64,000 nucleotides of DNA from Acanthaster planci (taxonomy: Eukaryota), in assembly GCF_001949145.1 (NCBI RefSeq), contig NW_019091361.1:3435854-3499853 (forward strand). Direction: 5' to 3'. Each line of letters begins with the position of its first letter. The stretch's first letter is position 1. Below, in pieces: positions 19,736 through 33,693 of this stretch. Made by a program: the position numbers and the translations under genes. The notes under the pieces are model-generated. The model made no database searches and was not told the DNA's origin. It saw only the letters and a list, made by a program, of their open reading frames with translations.

Positions 19736-22700
19736 CTGTCGTTCATCAGATTTCCACCTGACTTGACTGGTGAGTTTGAGAATAACAAACTGCCTCTACT
19801 CTGTTCAACTTGCTTTGTTTCACTGATGTACAGAGAAGACTCGGGGAACTCATTGGTCGTCAGTGCGAATCGGCTCAGCTAATCATGTTTTGACAATCCA
19901 GAAATATTTCTCAAAATTTCCTGTCACACTATGCTGTTAATGGGCACAGGCATCTCAGGAAGGGCAGCTTACCAGTGTTTCCTGCAGAAAACTGTTCAAC
20001 GAATTGACGTGGTTATCGCATGATCACTGTACATTCAGAAAGTCTCCCAGTACTCTGGAAGTATTACTCCAGCTGATTATTCCTGCACCAGTAGAGCAAG
20101 TGAAAGATTAAACCTTAAAGTGAAATCGGTGGAGACAGCTGTCTTAGCTATTGTTCAATAGAGTCAGCCCTTTTTAAAAAAATAAGTCTGGCATAATATT
20201 AACTTTGGTCTTCAGAGATATGTTCTGTGCCAAAACATATGCATAAAAATGGGTTTGCCGGTACCGGAACTGTATTCTTTATACGCGTGGCAGGGGGCTC
20301 TGAAATCGGACAAAGGGAGCTGGGCCTTGTAACAAAAGACCGTACTCATTACAAAAGACCGGGCTGCTGGCATCACCGACATTTTTTCACTCTCAATAGT
20401 GGAGATAATCCAGCCTTGTTTTGAAACAGTATACTACGGTTTTGGGGATTCAGCGCAAACGGATTACCCCTTGGGACAAAAGCGCTCCACCACTACAGTG
20501 GTGAGCCACACAGCACCGCTGCACGCTAACCTGGCCCCTATCGAAAAGAGGTCAGCAGCGCACTGTGCCAGGTCCGTGAACAAAAGAAAATTATGTAACA
20601 CTGCACAATCTGGGATCCTTTTACAAGGCAGCAGGCCTGGCTGAAATTCTCCAGCATCAATAGGCAGTTCTTTGTGTGGGTGTAAGTGTCCAGTAAATGA
20701 AGATATGAATTTTTAAAGAATTTTGAAAACAGGAAAAGAAAAAAAAAAGAAAATTATCCCGTCCCAGCATCATCAACATTCATAATGCTCCTGGCGCGAA
20801 GTGGTTAACGTTGTGATGGAGATCTTAGATTGTGTAGCATTTTGTACTGTACATTGAAACCAGAGAAGCCGGTGTGTGAGCTCAGTAGAAACAAAAAGCA
20901 AAACTCAAGATCACTGGTGCAGAAAACTGCCCTCTGTCCAATCAGTTAGAGCACAAAAAAGCCTGTAGTTTTGGAGTCAATAAGGCCATGGTATATCTGC
21001 TAGTTAGCGCCAAGCTCCATGGACATCACTGAGTCATAAACCTGCAGAAACCTGTCTCTCTAATGAATAGATTGAAGACTTGGGTCAGTTTAAATGTGGA
21101 CAGCAGTAAGACGGCTATTGTGAGCACAAACTCGGTAACTGTCGCTTGACACCAAGGACCTTTTTTATGAATCTCTGTGGTGTCTCTGTTTGATCTTGAG
21201 TTCTACAATTACTCCCAAACATCTGTTATTGTAATGAACCGGAAGTACAGGTACTCCTAGACTTGGCCTAAATTACAGATTGGCAGGAAATGGAGCTGTA
21301 TTGTACACGAGGGTCTCAACTCGGGAGTGGGGAGTTGTGGGAAGAGGGCAAAATTCAGGAACTGGTGCCCAAAACTTAGCATGGTAGCAAGACTGAAATT
21401 TGGAAAAACTCGAAGTTTGAGAATGGCCAGCATGTCATTGACCCTATGACCTCTGACACAGTGTCAACTCTATTTGAATATCCACGCTGGCACAAACAGA
21501 GACCTTATTCTACCTGCATCTGTACTTGGGAACTGTATCCCGTAAGAGTGGAGAGGAGGCAGCATCATCCAGACAAATAGCAGTCAATACAATGTCATCA
21601 GTTTTGTCTGCCTTTGCCTGTACTTCATACACCTGTTATTTTGCGGTCTGGTCTTTACTCCTGAAGTGAGGAACAGCTTGTCATATCTGCATGCCGTAAA
21701 AGCTGTAGAAAAGCACATTCCTCACACCAACACATGACTGTTTAACAGTCACCTGACTGTTTAGCAGTCACATGACTGTTGAGCAGTGACTCACTGATTT
21801 ACTGTAAGGCTGCCACACTAACTGGATGGCGCTTGCGGTAGCAGTGCCCTGCATTGAGGAATTTTACTGTTAATTTTAATCATTTTGTTTCATACAGATG
21901 GCTGCAAAATAGCAATTTGATCCTACTGTTTACACTGTTCATGGAAATCATCGTGCAGAATTTAAAGAATACTTTGAAGTCAAATTTGTAATGGCTGAAA
22001 ATTGTTAACAATTAAATTAAAGGGTCTGTAAGGAGTAGCCTGTTTTTGTAAATTAAAAAATTGAGATTGGAAAATAAATCTAAAACATAAATAAAACATG
22101 GTCCATTTTGTCTGATTTTTAAGTTGGATATTTTCATGCTATCAAAGAATTCCTGTTTGTCAGAATGTAAATCCCCAGTCTTGCTGTTCACCTGACGTTG
22201 ATCCATGATAACTCGTTGGTTTCTTCTTACCTTGGTCTTGAGCTTTGTCCTTATGAACCTCTTGGTGGTGTGCTTGTGAATGCGTCTGTAGCTTTCTTTT
22301 TGCTTTTGAAGTGTCTGTGTTGGCTACTTGTATTTTCTCTTCTGTTCTTTCCCCCGCATGAGACATAAGCCAGCCTGAGATATGTGGATGGTGGTAAATA
22401 GTCCTGGGGAACATTTCTAAACAGAGGATGCTTTTTTATACTTGGCTTTTTAAAAGCATATGACAAGAAATTGGGTTTTTTTTTCTGTGACAACAAAGGG
22501 CATTTATATAAGTTTGATGGCCTTTCTATGTTTAAGTGCTTCAAGTGCCTTAGGCCAGTGATCCCAATACAGGCAGACAGCGCCCTCTGTTGGTTGTCAA
22601 CCTCTGTAAGTGGTTTGCAACAAATCTGTGACAGAATGTAAGGGATTCTGACAGTGCCTTTGGAATTTTAATTTTTAAATCAAAGGTGCACTTTTATTTT

Positions 22701-24599
22701 GCCTATCACTAATGTACCGGTAATTTATTTAGAACTGTAAAACTAGTGGCAGCTGTCTGATAGCTTGTGAGAGCATTTTAAACACTTTCTTAAAAATCCC
22801 CTCACTCCCATCCCCTTCTCCTCCCCCTTCGTGTACTGTCTTACACATGCTATTGTGGACATCCTAAGCACTCAGCCACTGAGCTTGTTAGGGCCGATTT
22901 GTTGGTTCAAATCCGGGGCTTGACTGGATGTCTTGAGAAGTTGTAAGAAGGGTGAGTAAAAAAAATGAGCATTTTTCCTCTCAAGTGTTGCTCTCAAGGT
23001 CCCAGTCCGGCCTGCCACCACCTGTTGTACATAGGATGGTGAGGAACCTCATAAACAAGATCAATTAAGCCCGGAGCCGTAATGAGGATTGATTCTTAAG
23101 CCCTTACTCCATCCCCCGACACCAGAAGGGAACTTGCGCGGCAGGCACAGACCGTCAGTGATAAATCTTCAATTTCCTTTTCTTCTGGGGGGATGCGTCC
23201 TGCAGGGGGGACATATTAACACAAGTCATTCACTAATCCATCTGAAAATGACAGTCAATCAGCAAGTTGGTAATCGGGCGTGCTGTTGCACTTTCTCGGC
23301 AGCACTCTTCCGTGAACTTTTGGTGACTTCTGTTACCCTTGATGGCCTTGCACTGGAACTTCCTGTTGCAAGATGGTTGAATGATAACGTGCCTCTTTGA
23401 AGCACATTTGAAATTTCAGTACATTTCTGCAACAACTACTTCTACTGGGACCCTGTTCTGGCCTACCGAGATCACCTGGTGAAATCAATGTAGCATTTTA
23501 CAAGTATTATTTAGTCCAGTGTCAAGTTTTAATATACATGTGCTTGAAAGGGTTTGGACTGAAAAGAAGGTTCAGCATCCTTTACAGCTGACGACTTGGA
23601 ACAATAGGTGAACTGAGAAATCTGTGTTGTATTCTGCCCTTGTGAATAAGAAACAAGGCAGTACTTTCCTTTTTTAAATGTTTGTTCATCCACACAGTGC
23701 CCAAGCTGTTTCAAAGTGTTGGTTTAATATTCTGTTGGGCCCTCACAGCAAGTCAAGCTCATCAGTGGCATTGATGTTGGCGTCGTTCCTTACTATGCCC
23801 CTGTTCTATCGGAAGCATCTAGTTGGCAACAGTGTTTCAGAGCGGCAGACATAGCCAGGGGCGAGCTTTCTGGTGCGCATAGTTTGGTCTGGCTCCCAAT
23901 CTTGTCAAGGACTTCCAAATAAACATGAATGCAGTCACTCTGGATGCAGCCCTCCAGACGTGCCCCCAGTCCAGAGGGGGAACATTCAGTACACAAGTTA
24001 ACATTCCAGAGATATCCAAATTATGATGCGTTTTGCCGATACAGACTACAGTACACAAGAACCCTGCGGCTGGTATGTCTATGGGTGGTCAGTTATGTAT
24101 TTATCATATGTACATCCAAAATTGTGAAAGATGACCATTTTTCTCTTGTGCATGGTTTGTCGGTGACCACTTGTAATGAAAGGAGCTTACATGTACAGGC
24201 ATTGCATATGGAACCTTTCACAATGCAAAAGAAGGGCATGGCCACATTCTGGAGAATAGTCTTTGTATTTTGGGTAAATAAAACCAAGGATTCTGATCAG
24301 AGAAGTCTACTACATTGTTACATATCAGGTGTGGAGATTAAGAAAAGGTAAAGAAAAATGTAAAATGGTTGGAGGAAACCCTGTAGTAATTTTCTAGGTG
24401 AAAACTCTGAAAGGAAATGTATAAGCTGAATTTATATGGACAAACTCACTGACATATTTCACAGTATGCTTGAAATTTTCAGTGGCCTTCTTTAATGGCA
24501 GAAAGCATAAAAATTGTGTTGGGTTTTGTATGAAGCAACTGTCATGAAGCATTGACTCCATGTAAAATTAATGTAACCACAGTGCTTTCTGCCATTAGT

Positions 24600-24750
24600 G
24601 GGGGCCATCTTTAAATGACCGGAGAGAGCATTCATGGTCACCAGATTCGCCTATATATATGCCAACTTGGGCAGGAATCAAACCTGGCTCGTTTACAGAG
24701 GCAAAGATGCAACGAGAGTAAAGCTGAAATAAACCTGAGCCAACCTGGCT
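24600..24750 (-). mobile_element. Degenerate tRNA-derived SINE head
   Basis: Minus strand has an A-box-like TGGCTCAGG and a B-box GGTTTGATTCC (24674-24684). No cloverleaf. Confidence 0.4.
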
Positions 24751-27700
24751 CAGGCTGGCTCCCATCTACATGTAAATTCAAAGCCTCCTAAGCCATAACA
24801 GAACAAAAACTTCCAATTTTTCAAACAAAAAGTAACTTTACAGTGCTATCCTTTAATATGAAATCCTACTCTACAACCTACTTGGCTGTGAAAAATGCTT
24901 TTTACAATATTCAACTCAGATGTGTCAACATGTAATGACAAGCAGACCCATGTGATAAGCCTGCTTGCAAAGTGGAAGAAGATATCATGTTGGCTAATTA
25001 TATAATGTGTGATATTTCGCACATTCGGTTTGATTTGTTAAATAGGTGCTGATGATGAGAAAGTTCCATGTGACAACTTGCCAAATTGTCAGGTGATGTT
25101 GAAAATGGTTTGCATACCAAAATGCAGGCAAGTAGACAAACATTTCCTAGCAGCAAAGATTAGGGAATGTTCACCCTTATTGCATGTACTGGCACACTAC
25201 TATACACTTATGAATAGTAATATATGTTGGAAGCCCAACAATGATTTGGGATTTACAAAAAAAAATTAAAAGATATCGCACTACATGTACTAAGCTTTCC
25301 ATATAGGAGCCAACCAGGCAAAACAGTATGTAGACCTACAGCCTTCAGTTATAATTAGGCAAAGAATAGACAGGTATGAGTACAAAGGTTGCTATCCTGC
25401 ATGTAACTGTCCCTGAGTGAAGTTGTTGGAATATAGAGGATTTTAATGGGATGGTATGGTAGAAGTCTGTTAAGACTGTTAATTGCTCAAGCAAGTTATG
25501 TAAGTTTTGATGAAGAATTCCATACAAAGGCAGAGATGTTTAGTGAAAATTGTAGGTACTCTCAGGCGGGTCACTGAGATGTTTCTTCCAAATGAAGCCC
25601 TTGACTGAGAGAAAATAAGAGTATAGAAGAACCTTAAAACTTAAGTTTAAAGACTTGATTCCCGGAAATCTTTGGTAAAAGTTTGGACCTGTTTGAGGTT
25701 ATTTTGAAATTATGGAAATGTTTGTAATTCCAGGTAAAATTTAACACCAAATTAAACTGTTGCTGAAACTGAGAAAATGTTCACTAAAAAAGAAGGAAAA
25801 TTGTTACAGAAGTTTTTACAAGATAATTCTGTTACAGTGATTCAGCGATTCAAATTTGTGTGGTGTGCCTTTTATTAACACATGAAAGTGAAGCTCAGCT
25901 CAACACTGATGTTGCATTGATGTGGAGTTTGTGTTGAATACAAAGGTTGCCCCTGCCCACGCTAAGTCTGGGATCAAGATCCAATGATGGTCATTCTCAT
26001 CTTGTGTTTTGTTGTCTGGAAACTCTTGTACGTAGTGATTTGGGGGAGCGGAATTTGGCGTTACCGGTTGGCATGCTAATACAAACGGACAGTGTTCACC
26101 TGATCGCAGTGCAGGCACCTAATTGGCTCGGCATGAGTTAAAGAATGAATAAAAACATCCCCGGCAAATGGAAGTGACATTGAACCCGAGGCCCCCAAAG
26201 TTGAAAGATTAGTGCCCAGACTGTCAGTAGTTTTGTCGAGGAAGAGAGAGGGAAATTTATTTGGGAAAAAACGCAAAAGCACAAATAAAACTAACCAAAA
26301 ACAAAACTTCTAATATGTCATTTCTAGAAGCAATTATCAAAGGAAAATGTTAGCATGCGTTCGTTTGATTCAGTGAATTGTTTGCCAAAGTTTAATTTTT
26401 TCAGTTTTGGTTCAGATATTTTTATTTATTTCATTCTTTCTGATTCAAGATATCCTGGTACCCACCAATTGTCTGTGAGCGTGATGTCACATATTGGCCC
26501 GTCTTGTTACTGAAAGTTCATTGATGATCACAGTTGTTCGTACCGCTCCTGGTAAAAAGCCAGTGCTGGTGACATCACCTAAATGTGCATGTGTATCAAA
26601 ACTGTTGTATGAAAGCCTGAGCAGTTGTGTTTTAAACTGAGAGAGCTTGCAGTTCGTGATATTAAAGTTTGTAATTTATTTGAGCTTTGCAACTGCTTGA
26701 CAGCAAGACGTTAACATCAAGATGTTAATTTGTGTGGACCAAGTGTGCATGTTGTTGGAGATCAATCTAATTAGTTGCGCCGCGCATGTTGGTTACATTG
26801 GCTATAAATGATCCAGTTTGCCAGCATTATTTCCGTTTAAATTATTTGTTAACAGAATCAATATTGTCTGCATTTTTTTGAAAGAGCAGGATGTTCAGCA
26901 ACTATGTAGAGGGCTAGCATGGCCTCATTAATTAATGATACTAATTTAATGTCTCCCTTAGTTCTTCTTTAATGGTGTTTAAGTGATTGCACTGAGTGAC
27001 ATTAACCATAACAATCAAGGTACTGACCGACAAACCAAATTAATTGCCTGTGTACTTGATATCTAAAATTGAATTAACCCACTTCCCTGTTCCAAAGGTG
27101 AATGCTCTTTGAGACTTACATGTACCTCGAGGAGGCCTGACAGAATATTGATTGCCCACAACACAGGAGTCGTAAATACTGAATGATGGCATTCAAGTTC
27201 AGAACTGACACTTGTTGGCCTCACACCCAAATTGCTCATCAGCAGGGTGATGTCTCACATTCATTTGACAACAGCGTAAAGCTTGACTCTGTACGTAACC
27301 CATCTCTTGTCCTTGTGTAAATTAACCTAGTAAACAAGAGGTGTACGGAACTCATGCGTCAGACATGTACATGTAGGTCTTATGAATGTATTCAAAGATA
27401 GGACATTTTTTTTCTCAGGAACCTAATTCAAATGCTTGACTTTCTGGATTTTGCCTCATATGAAGCTGAATCAATTGACTTCATCAAGCATAAAAGCTTT
27501 ACAATAACAAAATAACATAACAAATTATAATAACAAATACTAAAATGTGGAAACATACATAGTTGAATGTTTGTATCGGTGTTTAATTGATGTAAAGCAT
27601 CCACACCATAAACCAATCACATCTTGGCTAGACTCACTCCAGCAGCCAGTAATAAACAAGGAAAGTTCTGTCTAGCATTTGAAACGGAAGTGTGTTTGAC

Positions 27701-30700
27701 CAGGCCTTAACAAGGTAAGTCACTTGTCACCTGTGCACTGTAAGTGGTATAATAGGCCCAGCATGGGACTGCACGATACCCACATTCTCTCATATTTCAA
27801 TAAAAAAAAACTACTTCACAAATTATGACATAAGCCCCAAACAGCCCTTCCAAAACATTCCGATTAGTCTCTAGAAAAACAATGTTACTCTTCTGTCAAG
27901 CAGGGTACCTATAAAGATGATCAGTTGAAAGTTTAAACTCACATCACCATGAGGAATGGCATAAATAACAGACAAGCTTATGGATACTATTTTTTTAATC
28001 AAATAATTCGTCTGTTAAGGATTAAGTTTTATGTTTTTTGTTTTGGACAAATATAGATTTCGGTTGAAGTTTAAAATTTTTGTCAAGTTGAAATAATTCT
28101 TAAAAAAGAACATACATGTTGGTATAAAATGGATGCTGACATAGATGCAGTTGAGACATCATTTAAAATTGTAGAGGGGAAGATTATACGTTGTACAAAT
28201 CACAAATCGTATGGTTCACCCCCCCCCCTTCCTGGCCATGGTTAAAGTGGCATGGCAATTAAGTTGGCTAGCCAGCATTTCCCTTGTTGAACAGTGACCC
28301 CTGTAAAATTAAGACAACTTCCAGAGCGGATCCAGTGGAAAGGAGGGTGGTGAGGCATTGGGATCCCCTTATATACCACTTAAGTAGTCTCTCTCCACCT
28401 GCTAGCTGTGAATTTATCCAAATAAGATTGAGATTATTTAGGGAGGAAAGTCCTTTGCTAAATTTTAGGCAACATTGCCTCCATTTTGTAATTGGTAAAG
28501 TGACCCCTGTCCTCAACCCCTCCCAGTGGTTGGATGAGAAATTTTCTGTGCAGTCTGTAGCAATTTATTTATTCAATTTATTCATTTTTTTGGGGGGGGG
28601 AGGATTGGTTGAGACGAATCTGATTGGATAATTAGCAGTCATGTCTTGAGGGCATCATGATGTGGGTGAATTTCTGGTAGCATGGTTGTGAATTGTGAAT
28701 TTTATCATCATTACAATCCAGTGTGTCTTCACCACTGTGCCGTGTGTTTTATATTTTTTTCCTTTTTGGCTTATATTAGGGATAAAATGCAAGTGAAATC
28801 CCAGCACAGGTTTCAAATATTTGGTTACGGTGGAGCTGAGGACGCTGTGTGTATGCTTTTTTTAGTGATGAGTTGGTAACAAGATTTTTAGTAATGGAAT
28901 TATTATAAGCACCTAGGCCCTTTGTGGACGTAATTTGCTTAGTGCTAGTTTTCAAGAATTTGATAGAAATACAAGCTTGCTCATGTAAGACTCATACCCA
29001 TTATCTCCTGTTTATTAGCTGATGCCCTAACCACTCATCCACTAAGCCTGCTGGGTAAGTAGGCAGATTCGAATGCACTAGCAGAGGTTGCGGGAATCAT
29101 GCCAGTGCTGTTATGTCAACAGTTATTGGCAACAAATGGTGTTCTTGGCAATGGTGGCTTGGCAATACTCATGTGCACAGACAAATCTTTGATGACAGAA
29201 CATATCTGCATATCGAGGTAATCCCTGTGTCATTCCAAATATCCTCCAATTAACCACTCTTGACTTCTGACATTAATAGCAGTGATTTACAAGTGCTAAA
29301 CTTTCATGGGTCGTTATCCACAGTTCTTGAGATGAGGTCTGTAGCTCGTTTGTCTATTTTTATTTTTATGGCTTAATTTACCTTGTGTGACCTTGTTTGA
29401 TACGTGCTGGGACTTGTAAAGGTTGTGTTGTTTTGACAGGATGTAGGAACTTTCAAGGGTTAAAATCGTTGATTTTCAAACCCTGTATATTACCTGCATT
29501 TACATGTACTTGTATGTTCTGAATGAAAAGATATGATATACAGACCTTTTTTGCCATAATTGTATTTTTGCATATCCATGAATTTTCTACAGCAAACAGA
29601 GTTTTGTTTGCATGACTCGTTAGAGGAAATCGGCTACCCCATCATGCCAATTTTGACCAGACTATTCCCCTGTCTCGTCGGACATTCATCCTTCCATTTT
29701 CCCCACCCATCCTCTCTCTAAATTTGGTTTCTGGATGGATCAGTTGGTCAAGAGATGATTTTTGTGCACAAACTTCAAAGGCGTCCTTGAAAGGAACACG
29801 TTTTACTGTCAGAGTTTCCGCTGTCAGTCAGTCAGCAATAATTCTGAGCAGTTGGCAAGAAAATAACAGTATTAATAGCACTGCTTAAAAAAGAAAGTGA
29901 AATCGCTCCAAGAGATGTGCATTTTGGTGATGCTTTGGTTATCATTTAGAATTTACCAGCGTAAACTCTGATAATGCAAATACCATAGCTGTCCGGATGT
30001 CTGTGTGACGTTGGCCATTATGAGTTGTTGAATCAAAGCATTTGCATGATATGAATTACATGTATTTTTGTCAGTTATTTCATGTGACATCTCGTTTGCT
30101 TTAGATTTCTTTACTTCATTTTGGTTCCGTTTTGTGGCCTTTGTCATCCTTGTTAAAATTAAATTCTCTCCAAATCCTGTAACTGCTGCTTGGCATCACT
30201 GGAAAAATAAAATAGGAATTTTATTGTTGCTTTGATGTAACTCATAAGATAGTATCGTTAAAATGTGGCACTATACATTTACAGAGATGTTTTGGCCTGA
30301 GGTGCTTGTAGGCCGTCTGTAGGAACTGTCTTGTAATGTGTTTACTTGATAGCTGTGGCGCCATGAAATTAAGCCCAGGACCCTTCATGGGCGTGTGCTT
30401 TTTAGGTGGAGCACATGCCTTTGGTAGAACGTGAGATTTTTTTTTTTCTTTTTAAAACTTTCTTACACTTGGAGTGGGCGGCTTTAACACGTTGAAGCTG
30501 TTTCTGGGTGGGAAGTTGGCAGCATGACTTAGAGTTTAATTTGAAATGACTTTCCTGGTCCGGACCTGTTGCTGCAAGGGGACAGGTTGTAGGAAGATAC
30601 CATCTTGCATGTGTTATTTTTCACTCTAGTGAAAAACCTGACATGCCTGCTAGAGTCACAGTCATGCAAGAGAGAAATCTTCAGTGTATTCAATGCAAGG

Positions 30701-32214
30701 GAGAGTTTACTTTGAAATTTGTGCATAAATTACAAAAGTTACATTGGTACAAAATTAGTCAGTCATATTTTGTCTTTGTTTGGTTCACTGTTTGTTCTGT
30801 TTAGTCACTGTAGAATTGAATAGGGAACCATGACAGGCACATAGTGTGCACTTGCCTGGGACAAGTTACCACCAACGACACTTTGAAATTGTTCTTACCC
30901 TCCATTTATTTCATCATTAAAAAAAAATTCTTTCAGTCATAAACAATATTGTTGTCTAGTCCATTTCATCAGGGTGCAGCAGATGGACTGAGATGCCGGT
31001 ACAACATGGGCACATGTAAGAAGTACATGTCTGAAACACTAGACGGGAGTGGTCTGACCATCTAGACGTACTGTTGAATATCAAAAAGTGCCTATTGGGA
31101 CTGACAGGTTTTGCTAAAAATGTCTAGATTTGCCATGGAATACAGACTTGAGTTTGAGTTCAAGCTCTTCAGAAAATACATTTATGGCATACATGTATCT
31201 GTGTTAGGATGTGCAACCAAAGTAAGACTCGGATTCTCATTAGTTCAAAGTAGTCACGATGTATTTTGCATCGGGAAGATGTTCCTTTCCAATTACCGGT
31301 TTTGCCCTGGCTTGTACTGGGTTTTGAGTCCCACCCGAGTAAGCAGCTTGTTAATTTTTTCACAAACTCTCGGACAAGCACATTAGTGTACAGTACGTCA
31401 GTGCAAGGGAAAAACCTGTTATTAAAATCGCAGTATTCAGTCAACACAAATTTCATATGTAGGCTTCGTATATTGGCATGCTTAGAGACTCGGAAAGAAC
31501 GTGACTTATACTTCCAATAGCCTACAGTTTAGCTGTACATAAACATGCATGCCTCCCCTCATGCTTCATTTGCCCAGTTTTAGAAAGTTTTCTGTGATAA
31601 GTAAAACCCATTAAATGCTCTCAGTTGCTAGAGAAAAGTACATTCACTGCGACTGACGGGGTTGTTCCCCAATCCCGGTAACTACGATTATCCTATGGCC
31701 GTACAGCCTTGCAAGCTACACTGACAAGTTTACCGTCTCAAACCTGTCAGGTCTTATTCCCAGTATCCTAAGCAGGCCGGCCTGCAATGTGTTGTGGCTG
31801 TTGGAGGGGGAAGGGTGATCTTTCTGGCGGTCTGGGCTCATTTCCTTTCTCCAGACGAGGAAGCGTACCACTGTGTTAAAGGGATTCCATCATTATTGCA
31901 ATCGTTGAAAATAGACTTCGGCATTTGAAAATTGCCTATAAAGGCTAGGAAAAGAGTCCCATTAACCCATTTCATATTGACCCCCTCCCCACGTTTAACA
32001 CTTGCAGGACAGGGCAGAGCTATGATAAGCTTATTCCTTTGTCACTGAGATAATAATGCCTATAAGAACATTTTAATACTTTTTCTTTTACATGTATCTG
32101 ATTTCAAGTGTTAATTGAAAGTGCTCAGGTACTATACTGTCCAGAAGCTTGAAGGACTTAAGGAAATAGAAAATGATAAAATTTCTGGGATGGAATAATT
32201 GCATTCAATATTCC

Positions 32215-32370
32215 AGGGTCCAGCCCTTGGAATCAGGTCAGGACCAAGGCCCCAATCGGTATCCACTTTTCAGCCTAGGTACGTGTACATGTAGGGTTTG
32301 AACCTGGATCATAGAGACCACCATCCCGTCCAGACTGCGGGACCAGACGCTTGTCTGAGTTGGTACTAAA
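32215..32370 (-). mobile_element. Degenerate tRNA-derived SINE
   Basis: Minus-strand B-box GGTTCAAACCC (32294-32304), a weak A-box upstream and SINE-like body sequence after it. Confidence 0.4.
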
Positions 32371-32541
32371 GCTTCAAATGTGATAGACGTTGAGGCTGGT
32401 AGCCTGGTACCTGTAATGTCTTTGTGAAGTCACAGTTTCCTGACTTTAAGTATAAATGGGAACTTTGCCATACCACTGCAGCTCCCTGAAATCTTTGGCT
32501 CTTTTACAAAGAACTTAAGACTTTCTTTACACTTTACAGCC

Positions 32542-32612
32542 CTTAATTCATGGATGCATACATTAAGGCATAGGACTTAATTCATGGATGCATACATTAA
32601 GGCATAGGACTT
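32542..32612. repeat. Perfect 34-bp tandem duplication
   Basis: CTTAATTCATGGATGCATACATTAAGGCATAGGA occurs twice in tandem. Confidence 0.95.
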
Positions 32613-33506
32613 GGCAGGAACGTTTTCATCACTGCTGATTAACATACATGTTTCTTGTGCAGGGTTTTTTTTTTCTAAGAAATGAGTCATGAACTTGATG
32701 ATTAGTTGGTTAATATTGGGAGAAAGCTGATTAAACCTGCGCCCCCTCACTGACAGCACTCTGCATTTCTTTACATAGCGTTGGCCCCAGATCTGATTGG
32801 CCCTTATTTGGCACATGGAGGATACACTCAGAATGGTAATTCGTGCCTGTACAAATTAATATTGTACACTGTGATTGTTCTTCCAGTAACCATTTCCATT
32901 ATTTTCTGCTGCATGCTAATTAATATTAATTAGGGGGACCGCGGGGGGGAGGTGCTTGTCCCCCTCTTTCTCCCTCCCCCCCCAAAAGAAGAAAGTGAAA
33001 AATAAAAAGGAAAACATTAGGAACAAATAGAAACTAGATGAAAGGGAACAAAAATCACCAATTTATGAAAAACCCTCCAACTTGTCCCACACCTGTTAAT
33101 TGTTGAATTCTTTAGCTGATTGCCTGTCTCTCTCCACAACCCCGGAAAAAAACAAGTGGTTTGACCTCCCTGGTAAAAAATCCTGGTGACGCCCATGGTA
33201 TCAATATCAAGAATGCATGAAGCCTATCGCTCACACAGCTGTGGATTTTAAGTATGGAGTTCAGGGAACTCACACATGCATACATGTACGTTTAGAGCAT
33301 ACTCATAAGATGTTCCCAAATTCTCCAGTTTGTCATGGATATGTACAGGCGAGTCCTGTAATCATCAATAATCACCATTTCTAAGGCTATATGCACCTCT
33401 GATCGCAAAATTATCAAGATATTACGTTCTTGAGTTACCGTATACGGGGCTTGACTATCCGCAGTGATGCTTCCTAGAAAATGAGGGGTACTTGTTGCTC
33501 GCATGA

Positions 33507-33693
33507 AATACGGGCTATTCACAATAGGGCGCCTCCAAGAGTTTGCAACAAGTTAGCAAATCAGAACGCGCGAAATTTGTCGACACTTTCCAAACGCGCA
33601 TTGGGTCGACAAATTTCGCGCATTGTGATTGGCCAACGCGTTGCAAAACTCTTGGAGGCGGCGGCAGGCGCACGATTGTGAAACGTCCGTATT
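33507..33693. mobile_element. Palindromic MITE, near full length
   Basis: AATACGGGCTATTCACAAT ... ATTGTGAAACGTCCGTATT termini. Almost the whole element folds back. A second copy is at 17799-17949. Confidence 0.85.

Noticed and set aside
22860..22930. GGTTCAAATCC B-box as a tRNA gene (similar fragment near 31315-31400)
   Set aside because: No cloverleaf or acceptor stem. At most a SINE relic.
27680..27720. CGGAAGT motif followed by AAG|GTAAGT donor as a first exon
   Set aside because: Isolated signals with no downstream exon I could link.
33680..33690. GAAACGTC as another hammerhead
   Set aside because: It is part of a MITE terminus, with no upstream CUGANGA box or stem II.
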